DNA from: Fusobacteriota bacterium
GTDB lineage: Bacteria > Fusobacteriota > Fusobacteriia > JAPLKR01
Length of the DNA: 64,000 nt
Reading direction: 5' to 3'
Assembly (NCBI GenBank): GCA_026387965.1
Contig: JAPLKR010000103.1
Span: 529 to 64,528, forward strand
Below are positions 18,494-26,664 of the stretch, in pieces. The position numbers and the translations under genes are program-made. Under the pieces are notes generated by a model that saw only the letters and a list, made by a program, of their open reading frames with translations, ran no database searches and was not told where the DNA came from. The first letter of the stretch is position 1. Every line of letters starts with the position of its first letter.

Positions 18494-19210
18494 TTTGAAT
18501 ATATTAATAAAATGCAAAAAAAATTCTGTGAAGTAGGAGAAAAAAACAATGAATCAATCATAGAATGTTCTAAACTCATTTATAAATCTATTATAGAAGA
18601 TAAAATTATACATATATTGGGAACAGGCCACTCTCACATGGTTGGATTAGAAAGCTTTATTAGAGCAGGCGGGCTTGCTAATATTAACGTTATCCTTGAC
18701 TCAACCGTATTAACTGCTGATGGTGCTATTAGAAGCAGTAAAATGGAACGTGTAAGCGGCATCGCAGAAATACTTTTCGATTCTTATAAAATTGATCCAG
18801 AGGATTTGGTTATTGTTATTTCTAATTCAGGCAGAAATGCTCTACCTCTCGAATTTGCCATGCTTGCAAAAAAAAATGGAAACTCTCTGGTGGTGATAAC
18901 ATCGCTTGAACAAAGTAAACAATATCCAAGTCGACATTTTAGTGGTAAAAAACTCTACGAAATTGGTGATATTATTCTTGATAACTGCGTTCCAAGTGGA
19001 GATGGCATTATATCTATTCAAGGTGAAAATGTAGGAGGGGTATCTACATTAACAGGTATGGTTTTATTAACGACAGCCATTACCGAAGGAATGAAACTTG
19101 CTGAAAATGAAAATATTGACATCCCCATTTTTACCAGTCAAAATATTGATGAAAAGAATAGAAATAATGAATTGTATCAACGTTTTGGACATCGAATAAA
19201 GCATACATAG
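18494..19210 (+). CDS. SIS (sugar isomerase) domain protein, UPF0309-like.
   Basis: ...IHILGTGHSHMVGLESFIRAGG... and ...VIVISNSGRNALPLEFAMLAKKNGNSLVVITS... are the two SIS motifs. Start at 18494 or 18452 is uncertain. Confidence 0.55.
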   Translation, partial: FEYINKMQKKFCEVGEKNNESIIECSKLIYKSIIEDKIIHILGTGHSHMVGLESFIRAGGLANINVILDSTVLTADGAIRSSKMERVSGIAEILFDSYKIDPEDLVIVISNSGRNALPLEFAMLAKKNGNSLVVITSLEQSKQYPSRHFSGKKLYEIGDIILDNCVPSGDGIISIQGENVGGVSTLTGMVLLTTAITEGMKLAENENIDIPIFTSQNIDEKNRNNELYQRFGHRIKHT

Positions 19211-19392
19211 TGAATTCAATAATAACGTTTAAAGGAGTTATCCCGTCCCACAAAAATGAGGCAGAATTTTAAAAAAAAATATTTCAGAGGGATAAGCGGC
19301 AGGAAGAGATTTTTTTCTCTTTCTGCTTTTAATTTTTGGTACCTCAATTGTCAAATTAAGTGCAACTAAATTATGAATCGAGGAAATCAAAT

Positions 19393-19429
19393 AAAAAGGA
19401 TTAGACAATATTTTGTCTAATCCTTTTTT
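19393..19429. terminator. Bidirectional intrinsic terminator between convergent genes.
   Basis: aaaaaGGATTAGACAAtattTTGTCTAATCCtttttt: a perfect 11-bp stem with flanking A5 and T6. Confidence 0.75.
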
Positions 19430-19614
19430 CTATATAAATGTATCTATTTTTTTTTTGAGTCATGTGAAAATGTTCTTGTATGCATAATACCTCCGAAGGT
19501 AAATATATTTTTTATTTATATTTTACCATTTTATACTCAAAAAGACTAGTTAATTCACATAAACATAAAAAGAGATGAATATATTTTGTAGTTTAAACTA
19601 AATTAATTTAAAAA

Positions 19615-20910
19615 CTACTTACTAAACATCATAAATACTAGATTTGCAACAGATATTGCTGCCAGAATCCACATTACACTATTCACTTCTTTCGTATTAC
19701 CTACAAATATTTTGACAACAACATAAAGAATGAATCCAAAGCTAATTCCCGTGGTTATACTATAAGTAAGTGGCATGATAATGGTCGTAAAAAATGCTGG
19801 TATAGCATCTTCTAGATTAACTAAATTAACTCTATTTATATTTTTAAACATAATAATACCTACAATCACGAGCGCTGGTGCTGTTGCAAATGCAGGAACT
19901 ATCGAAATAATAGGTGAAAAGAAAAGTGCAATGAGAAAGAAAAGACCCATGAAGAGTGCTGCCAGACCTGTTTTGGCTCCTTCTGCAATTCCAGTTGCAG
20001 ACTCCACAAACGTTGTTGCTGAAGAGCTTCCAATGAGTGATGCGCACGTAGTTGAAAGGGCATCTACAAAAAGAATTTTCTCAATATTTTCAATTTCACC
20101 TTTTTTATTATAAAGCTTACCTTCTATTGAACACGCCATAGCTGTACTTGCTGAGTCAAATAGATTTACAAATACAAATGAGAATATGGCTCCAATAAAT
20201 CCCCAATGAAGGGCAGCTATAATATCTAAATGTAAAAATATAGGTCCAATAGATGGTGGCATAGCTATAATATGCGTCGGAAGTGCTGATTGTTTAAAGA
20301 TAATACCAAGAGCTGTTGCTATCAAAATTCCATATAAAATAGAGCCTTTCACCCCTTTAATCATAAAAAATATTATTACTAACAAACCAATTAATCCAAT
20401 GATTAATCCCGGTGTAAATTTACCCATACTCACAATCGTTGCATCATTTCCTGTAATCAACCCCATGGATTTTAAACCAATAAAACATAAGAATAACCCT
20501 ACTCCTGCAGGAATGCTTGCTTTAAATCCTTCTGGAAGAGAATATATCACCATTTCACGCACTTTGAAGAAAGTCAAAATAATAAATATTACCCCAGATA
20601 TAAATACAATTCCAAGAGCAGTTTGCCAAGGTACTTTTCCACTCACAACTAACGTGTAAGCAAAGAATGCATTCAGTCCCATCCCAGGAGCAATTAAAAA
20701 TGGCACATTTGCAATAAATGCTACTAGAATACAACTAATAATAATAATCAAACATGTCGCCGTAATTAATGCATTAAAAGGCATACCTGTTGCCGACAAT
20801 ACCGATGGATTAACAAAAATAATATAAGATGCTGTTAAAAATGTTGTAAGAGCACCAATTAACTCCTTTTTTACTGTGGTATTTTTTTCTGCCAACTTAA
20901 ATAGTGACAC
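19615..20910 (-). CDS. pbuG: NCS2-family purine permease (guanine/hypoxanthine permease, PbuG/AzgA-like).
   Basis: 12-TM NCS2 protein. VSLFKLAEKNTTVKKELIGALTTFLTASYIIFVNPSVL is a PbuG-type N-terminus. Start reassigned to GTG 20910, preceded by GGGGGAA. The annotated Met at 21006 adds a nonsense leader. Confidence 0.8.
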   Translation of the reverse strand: MSLFKLAEKNTTVKKELIGALTTFLTASYIIFVNPSVLSATGMPFNALITATCLIIIISCILVAFIANVPFLIAPGMGLNAFFAYTLVVSGKVPWQTALGIVFISGVIFIILTFFKVREMVIYSLPEGFKASIPAGVGLFLCFIGLKSMGLITGNDATIVSMGKFTPGLIIGLIGLLVIIFFMIKGVKGSILYGILIATALGIIFKQSALPTHIIAMPPSIGPIFLHLDIIAALHWGFIGAIFSFVFVNLFDSASTAMACSIEGKLYNKKGEIENIEKILFVDALSTTCASLIGSSSATTFVESATGIAEGAKTGLAALFMGLFFLIALFFSPIISIVPAFATAPALVIVGIIMFKNINRVNLVNLEDAIPAFFTTIIMPLTYSITTGISFGFILYVVVKIFVGNTKEVNSVMWILAAISVANLVFMMFSK

Positions 20911-21168
20911 ACTTCCCCCTAATTTTTTTATTTCATAATTTACGCTACTGTAATAATAGCATAAATTATATTGAGAACAAAATAAATTACCCCTATTGTA
21001 ACTCATTTTCTATACTTGACCAAGAATATAGTTAAATAAATATTCCTCATAGTAGAAAAAAATAATTTGAATGTCATGTAGCCAAATGGTAATGATACTA
21101 GTCAAATTTCTCCCCCATTAAGCTCATTTTCAACATATTTTCAACTTACTTTCTTTCTGAATTTTAAT

Positions 21169-21205
21169 AAAAAAAGAATCTGAAATAGCGAACTATTTTA
21201 GACTC
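21169..21205 (-). terminator. Intrinsic terminator forming the expression platform of the purine riboswitch.
   Basis: Minus-strand RNA GAGUCUAAAAUAG-uucg-CUAUUUCAGAUUC: a 13-bp stem with one mismatch, one G-U pair and a UUCG loop, then U7. It sits 31 nt 3' of aptamer P1. Confidence 0.55.
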
Positions 21206-21235
21206 TCAATTATCAAATAATTAAAGAATTGAAAA

Positions 21236-21308
21236 TAACTCATAGTCCAGCACTTTACGGTTGCTAGGTAGAAACTTATGGACCATATCTCCAAATTTAT
21301 ATAAGCTA
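21236..21308 (-). ncRNA. Purine riboswitch aptamer, guanine/hypoxanthine class (C at the specificity position).
   Basis: Minus-strand RNA UAGCUUAUAUAAAUUUGGAGAUAUGGUCCAUAAGUUUCUACCUAGCAACCGUAAAGUGCUGGACUAUGAGUUA. P1 is UAGCUUAUA/UAUGAGUUA. Conserved junctions UAUA, AUAUGG, GUUUCUACC, CCGUAAA and GAC-UAUG all match the B. subtilis xpt G-box. Confidence 0.85.
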
Positions 21309-21409
21309 ATAATATTTATATCTTAAGTATAACATTAACCATTTTCGGATACAATATATTTTTTGACCAATTTATGCGAATTAATTCACCATTGTTCACT
21401 CTTTACCCA

Positions 21410-21895
21410 TCATATCAAACCACTTCCATTGTTCACTTCAGAAAAATGCTTTCTTAAACTCTTTATAATCGCTACCATAGATTCTTCCTCTATTAATTCC
21501 CTACTAAAATTCTCAACACCCTCATGATAAGGGAAATTCTCTCGCATTTTAGGATACCAATCTCCCGGACGGGGTAAATCGAGTGTTTTTCTAGGTATCA
21601 TATGCAAGTGCAGATGCATAACCGTTTGACCTGCACATTCGCCATCTTGAATGGTTAAATCAAATCCCTCTGCGTTAAATAAAGATTTAAATTCCTCGAC
21701 ACATATTTGTGCTAAATCAATCAGTTCATGTCGAAGTTCTGAATTTAACTCTAAAAAGGATATATAGTGATGTTTTGGCACAATCAAACTATGCCCCGGT
21801 AGAATGGGGGCAATATTATAGATTACTCTAAAATTTTCACTTTCATAAAACTGATTATTCAGAATTTCTTCACTACAAAATACGCATTTCTTCAC
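21410..21895 (-). CDS. HIT (histidine triad) family hydrolase.
   Basis: HLHLHMIPR histidine triad and CVFC N-terminal motif. 161 aa. Confidence 0.7.
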   Translation of the reverse strand: MKKCVFCSEEILNNQFYESENFRVIYNIAPILPGHSLIVPKHHYISFLELNSELRHELIDLAQICVEEFKSLFNAEGFDLTIQDGECAGQTVMHLHLHMIPRKTLDLPRPGDWYPKMRENFPYHEGVENFSRELIEEESMVAIIKSLRKHFSEVNNGSGLI

Positions 21896-22170
21896 ATCTC
21901 CCCCTTATTTACACAATTTGCACATACTATAGCAAATCAAAAACAAAACTGGATACTTTCCAATATGTCACCCTGAGCGAAGCCGAGAGATCTATCCCTG
22001 TAAATTTCGAGATGTCTCCACGTAGGTCGACATGACAACATTGTCAAGGTTTGTTTTGAAACTGCTCTAGTAAAATTTACTTCACTATTAATTATTAGAG
22101 GAGATGTTAAGGATTAACTGCACAAAACACCTGTATACTTAACTAAAGAATAACACTTCGGAGGTGTGCA

Positions 22171-22344
22171 GTGAAAAAAATTACTCTTATATTAATTCTT
22201 ATCATTATTGTTTTAACAATATCCTCTACAAGTTTTAGTACTATGTTTACGCCTAGTAATGTAAACCCTAAAATTCAGCAACAATTTCAATCGCAGCAAA
22301 TGAACTTCTTCCTTACGGATAATAATCAGCAAATGTTTAATTAG
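22171..22344 (+). CDS. Small (57 aa) membrane or secreted peptide with a Gln-rich tail. Hypothetical.
   Basis: GTG start 4 nt after GGAGGTG. VKKITLILILIIIVLTISSTSFS hydrophobic N-terminus, then ...PKIQQQFQSQQMNFFLTDNNQQMFN. Followed by a terminator. Confidence 0.35.
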   Translation: MKKITLILILIIIVLTISSTSFSTMFTPSNVNPKIQQQFQSQQMNFFLTDNNQQMFN

Positions 22345-22370
22345 CCGTTTTATGATATATAATATATCAT

Positions 22371-22397
22371 AAAAAAATCCCTCGAGAGAGGGATTTT
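22371..22397. terminator. Bidirectional terminator, also serving the OMP gene on the minus strand.
   Basis: aaaaaaATCCCTCgagaGAGGGATtttt. Confidence 0.7.
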
Positions 22398-22404
22398 AAT
22401 GTTT

Positions 22405-23568
22405 CTAGAAAGCGTAGTTAAATCCTGTATAGATTTGCCCACCATAGTTAGTAGAAGAGTTTCCAGCATGATTTTGAATCATCGAAGTGCCTAAGCTATT
22501 TGTATAGTATTTTGCATATACCTGAGCATTTGTTGTCCAAGTTAAGCAATGGGTAATATTCATTGTATAAGCGATACCTGGGTAAAAACAAAGTTTTTGA
22601 GCTCCAGGCGTCGCTTGTGTCGTTTGAATACTATCATTACTTATTGTATTGAAAATATAGTAACGTGTATCAAAGTTCAGGTTAAGTCCTGGTATAGATG
22701 CAACATTATAACTTAACATTGCAGGATGAATAATGATATCATTGTTCGTCTCGTTATTTACAGCATTTGAAAGGATAATGTAGTTGTCATTAGCCTGTTG
22801 TAATTGAACCCCTGTTCCCAATGTGAACTGAGAATTTACTTGTCTTGTATACATAGGGAAAGCTGAGAAATACTCTCCATTTGCTCCATTCCAATTTGCT
22901 CCAGCAGTATTATAACCAGAAGATTGGTTAATTGCTGTTTGTCCATTAGCACTTCCTATTACTTGAAATGTTAACGCAAGTCCATATGTGTTTGCTCCAT
23001 TAATATATGTTAAGTTTGGTGCTATTTGGTAACCAGTTACTAATACTGGAGATATATTATATGTTCCAGTTGTTGTAGTATATTGACCATTCGATTGAGA
23101 TCTCCAGTTAAGGTAGCTTACGTTCAATGAAGTTGTTAGTCCATTTTGGAAGTTATATGCACCTGTCATTCCCCATGTGTTTAACATTACATTTTGGTTT
23201 CCTGCACCCGCTGTATTTGCATAAGCACTATTAATCTTACCTGTGAAATCTGTTGCACCATTTAAACTCCAAGTCCAATTTCCAGTTTTATAGTTTAAAT
23301 TTAGTGCATTTGGGTTATCAAATGCAGGTGATCCACCTTGATCTGGCTTAACTCCACCCATAACTGAAACATTTCCTGTGAAATCTGGTACAGTATTTAC
23401 AGGGGATGCTGCTACTGCTGCTGCATTAATTGTATTTGCTGCTGCTGCAGTATTTGATTCTGTAACGATATTTTGTGAAATTGTGTTTGCCATTGGAGCT
23501 GTTACACCTGCTAATGACACTGCAGCTGCTATTGCAAAAATCGCTGTTACTAATAATTTTTTATTCAT
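22405..23568 (-). CDS. Outer-membrane beta-barrel (porin-like) protein, copy 1: signal peptide, C-terminal aromatic residue.
   Basis: Signal peptide MNKKLLVTAIFAIAAAVSLA. Alternating amphipathic Thr/Asn/Tyr-rich strands. Terminal ...YTGFNYAF (C-terminal Phe typical of BAM substrates). Strong RBS AAGGAGA. Confidence 0.6.
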   Translation of the reverse strand: MNKKLLVTAIFAIAAAVSLAGVTAPMANTISQNIVTESNTAAAANTINAAAVAASPVNTVPDFTGNVSVMGGVKPDQGGSPAFDNPNALNLNYKTGNWTWSLNGATDFTGKINSAYANTAGAGNQNVMLNTWGMTGAYNFQNGLTTSLNVSYLNWRSQSNGQYTTTTGTYNISPVLVTGYQIAPNLTYINGANTYGLALTFQVIGSANGQTAINQSSGYNTAGANWNGANGEYFSAFPMYTRQVNSQFTLGTGVQLQQANDNYIILSNAVNNETNNDIIIHPAMLSYNVASIPGLNLNFDTRYYIFNTISNDSIQTTQATPGAQKLCFYPGIAYTMNITHCLTWTTNAQVYAKYYTNSLGTSMIQNHAGNSSTNYGGQIYTGFNYAF

Positions 23569-23834
23569 ATATATCTCCTTATTTTGTTTTCAACTGTAAT
23601 TACTTTATTCGCATTACAGTCTTTATGTTATTATGATATCATAATTTTTTTTAATTTGCAATAATAAATATGTGATTTATGTGTATTTTTACGCACTTTT
23701 CTGTGTATTCTTAATTTTTATTTATACAGTTCTATTCACTGGTGTAACTAAAAATCATATATTTCATTACTTGATGGGCACGCAATTGACAGGAAAAACA
23801 CTCTTTATTAAGAGTTCTTCATATTTTAGGTAAT

Positions 23835-24935
23835 TTAAAAGCTATAATTAAATCCCGAATAAATTTGTCCTCCATAGTTTGTAGAAATATTACCCTTCCC
23901 ATTTGGAGTCTGACCTATTTGACCATTCATATTATTAGTATACCATTTACCATACACTTGTGCATTTGTGACCCATGACAGACTCGAGGTAATACTCTTC
24001 GTATAAGCTATCCCTGGGTAGACACAAACTCTTGTTGAACCTGCTATCGCTCCGATATTGGTTTGCATTGGATCATTTTTAACCGTATTATTATAATAAT
24101 AACGGGTATCTAAATTCAGATTCAATCCTGGTATAGAAGCAACATTGTAACTTAACATTATAGGATGGAGAATAATATTGTTATTTGAATCATTATCAAC
24201 TGCTTGAGTCAAAATCAAATAATTATCGTTAGCTTGCTGAATTTGAACCCCAGTTGAATATGAGAAAGCTGTACTCACTTGGTTGGTATACATTGGAAAA
24301 ATCGAAAATGACTCGCCGTTTTGACCATTCCATGTTCCTGTTATCCCATTAGGAGGGAATCCTGCAGAACTAGATACGGCTAATATTCCATTTGAGCTTC
24401 CTAGAACTTGATAATACATTGCTAATGCATAAGTGCTATTTCCATTGACATAAGTCATTGTTGGCGCCAATTGATATCCCGTTACGAGTACTGGGAAAAT
24501 TCCAGCTGCTGGTGATGAAGATTGTGATCTCCAGTTAAGATAGCTTACATTCATCGATGTGGTCAATCCATTTTGAAAATTATAACCACCTGTGAATCCC
24601 CATGTATTTAACATCGTATTTTGGTTACCTGCGCCCATGGCATTTCCGTAACTGCTATTTGACATCCCTGTAAATTCTGTTGCACCATTTAAACTCCAAG
24701 TCCAGTTTCCTATTTGATAGTTTAAATTTATCGCGTTTGGATTGTCATATTGAGGTGATTTCCCTTGATCAGGCTTAATTCCACCCATAACTGAAACATT
24801 TCCTGTAAAAGGAAATGTAGATGAATTTCCTGCGGCTACAGTCGAATTAATAGTGTTGGTAGTTACAACCACATTGTTATTTGCCCCTGCATTTTGCGAA
24901 ACTGTTGAAGCAGAGGACGAGCTTTGAGTTATCAT
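23835..24935 (-). CDS. Outer-membrane beta-barrel paralog, copy 2. N-terminally truncated: no signal peptide, no RBS. Possibly a pseudogene or silent cassette.
   Basis: About 55% identical to copy 1 after the first 40 aa (FTGNVSVMGG.KPDQG.SP..DNPNA.NLNY..GNWTWSLNGAT.FTG ... GFNYSF). An in-frame TAG lies immediately upstream of the first Met. No SD-like sequence. Confidence 0.5.
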   Translation of the reverse strand: MITQSSSSASTVSQNAGANNNVVVTTNTINSTVAAGNSSTFPFTGNVSVMGGIKPDQGKSPQYDNPNAINLNYQIGNWTWSLNGATEFTGMSNSSYGNAMGAGNQNTMLNTWGFTGGYNFQNGLTTSMNVSYLNWRSQSSSPAAGIFPVLVTGYQLAPTMTYVNGNSTYALAMYYQVLGSSNGILAVSSSAGFPPNGITGTWNGQNGESFSIFPMYTNQVSTAFSYSTGVQIQQANDNYLILTQAVDNDSNNNIILHPIMLSYNVASIPGLNLNLDTRYYYNNTVKNDPMQTNIGAIAGSTRVCVYPGIAYTKSITSSLSWVTNAQVYGKWYTNNMNGQIGQTPNGKGNISTNYGGQIYSGFNYSF

Positions 24936-24992
24936 ATCTGAAAATGTTGCGGTTATAACCTATCCAAACTCTTTAATATCGCTGAAATAGTC

Positions 24993-25024
24993 AAAAAAAT
25001 CTGCCAGAAGGCAGATTTTATTAT
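24993..25024. terminator. Bidirectional terminator downstream of the rubrerythrin gene.
   Basis: aaaaaaATCTGCCagaaGGCAGATtttatt. Confidence 0.7.
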
Positions 25025-25578
25025 TTTGTCCCAAAGTATCTGTTAAGCAGTCCTAAAAAAGCTTTACCATGTCTTGCTTCATCTTTACACATTTCGTGAA
25101 CTGAATCATGAATTGCATCAAGGTTAAGTTGTTTTGCTTTTGTAGCAATGGCTTTCTTACCAGCACAAGCTCCATTTTCAGCTAATACTCTTCTTCTTAA
25201 GTTCTCTTCAGTTGAAGTAGAGATGATATCATCTTCTCCTAAAAGTTCAGCAAATCTTGCTGCATGCTCTGCTTCTTCCCAAGCAATTGATTTATAAGCT
25301 TCTGCAATTTCAGGGTACCCTTCTCTTGAAGCTTGTCTTGCCATTGCAAGATACATTCCAACTTCAGTGCATTCCCCCATGAAGTTTGCTTTCAGACCTT
25401 GTACGATTTCAGCATCAGCACCTTTAGCTACACCAATTACATGCTCATCAGCCCAAATTAAATCTGTTCCTACAATTTCAGTGAATTTCTCAGGACCTGC
25501 ATGACAATGTGGGCATACTTCTGGAGCTGCATCACCTTCATGAATATAGCCACATACTAAACATCTAAATTTTTTCAT
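25021..25578 (-). CDS. Reverse rubrerythrin: N-terminal rubredoxin-like domain plus C-terminal ferritin-like di-iron domain.
   Basis: [27 protein letters not shown] (CxxC...CxxC) at the N-terminus, then the rubrerythrin E...ExxH helices ([16 protein letters not shown]). Start at ATG 25578 with RBS AGGAGG. Confidence 0.8.
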   Translation of the reverse strand: MKKFRCLVCGYIHEGDAAPEVCPHCHAGPEKFTEIVGTDLIWADEHVIGVAKGADAEIVQGLKANFMGECTEVGMYLAMARQASREGYPEIAEAYKSIAWEEAEHAARFAELLGEDDIISTSTEENLRRRVLAENGACAGKKAIATKAKQLNLDAIHDSVHEMCKDEARHGKAFLGLLNRYFGTK

Positions 25579-25675
25579 TATAAAACCTCCTAAAAAATTT
25601 ATAAAACATTTCTGTTTCACGCTCCAATTCTAACACTCCAAGACTAAGTTGTCAACTTTAATCGTTAACACTTCT

Positions 25676-26470
25676 CTACTTTTTTACAGCAATATACTTT
25701 AAATAATTTATTGAAAAGTTTTTTAAGTCTTCTTTAGTAAGCAGACTTTTTCCACCACCAACATAACGGTTATAAAGCTTTTCAAAAGCGAGTTGTTGAC
25801 TTTTCACTCCACTTTTTTTATCTTGAACAAGATTATAATACTTCGATCCATTATTATTAGTTTCTGCCGAAAGGCTTACTGAGAGAATCTCGCTCTTTTT
25901 AAAGCGAAAATGGTAAATAGAGTTTGAAATTCCGACACTTGAGATCATATTATCACTTAAATTTGCATAATGTGAACTGGCAATGCCTGTAAGTGCCATT
26001 AGTCCATACGGAGTGATATTTTGGCTGTATATAACACTTCCGTTCGTAACAAGAACAGATGTTACGCCACCTGCCGTTCTATCCCCATCGGCAATATCTC
26101 TTGAGTAATAAAGTGTGTTCCCACTCATCGTCACAGATATAATTGAGGTGAATACGCCGCTACCTCCACCATCATAAATTATTTCAACAATATAATCTAG
26201 CCCTATTATTCCTGCACATTTATACAAGAACGTCTCTCCCTGAGGGCTGTTATATTGATAAAATCCTGCTTTTATTGTGGAAATTTGCGCAGTGGGTGAT
26301 GTGAAAATTTGAGAACTTTTAGCAGCTTGTTCCATATTCATAAAAGGCAGCATCGTTTGTGCATTCACAGGCTTTCCTTGATATATAATAGCTCCTCCGC
26401 TCACTTGACTAGCTGAGAAGCTTAGAACTGCGATAAATAAAGCAAGTAATACTACAATAATTTTTTTCAT
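25676..26470 (-). CDS. Secreted hypothetical protein (264 aa).
   Basis: Signal peptide MKKIIVVLLALFIAVLSFSASQ. No recognisable domain. Confidence 0.4.
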   Translation of the reverse strand: MKKIIVVLLALFIAVLSFSASQVSGGAIIYQGKPVNAQTMLPFMNMEQAAKSSQIFTSPTAQISTIKAGFYQYNSPQGETFLYKCAGIIGLDYIVEIIYDGGGSGVFTSIISVTMSGNTLYYSRDIADGDRTAGGVTSVLVTNGSVIYSQNITPYGLMALTGIASSHYANLSDNMISSVGISNSIYHFRFKKSEILSVSLSAETNNNGSKYYNLVQDKKSGVKSQQLAFEKLYNRYVGGGKSLLTKEDLKNFSINYLKYIAVKK

Positions 26471-26471
26471 C

Positions 26472-26654
26472 TTATACCCTTTCCAATCTTCTATTTTTTA
26501 GCACGTATCCCATCTCATCTAAATAAGTATTTACTTCTAAAACATCTAAATTTAAATCAAAACATATATCCTCAAATTCTGACTTACTATCTCTAAGTTT
26601 CATATTCAAAATACTTAGAAACATCTCTAAATCCATTGTTCTAAACTCTTTCAC
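26472..26654 (-). CDS. Small acidic hypothetical protein (60 aa), translationally coupled within the operon.
   Basis: GTG start with RBS AGGAGG 6 nt upstream. Its stop abuts the next start. Confidence 0.4.
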   Translation of the reverse strand: MKEFRTMDLEMFLSILNMKLRDSKSEFEDICFDLNLDVLEVNTYLDEMGYVLKNRRLERV

Positions 26655-26664
26655 TACTAACCTC

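Noticed and set aside
19270-19330. Second terminator-like hairpin (gcaggaagaga-ttttttt-ctctttctgc) in the convergent spacer.
   Set aside because: The stem is imperfect and T-rich inside the loop. The perfect hairpin at 19393..19429 explains termination.
24936-25020. Promoter and signal peptide for OMP copy 2 hidden upstream of the annotated start.
   Set aside because: An in-frame TAG lies immediately upstream of the Met. The space is taken by the rubrerythrin terminator, apart from a TTGACT hexamer that has no suitably spaced -10.
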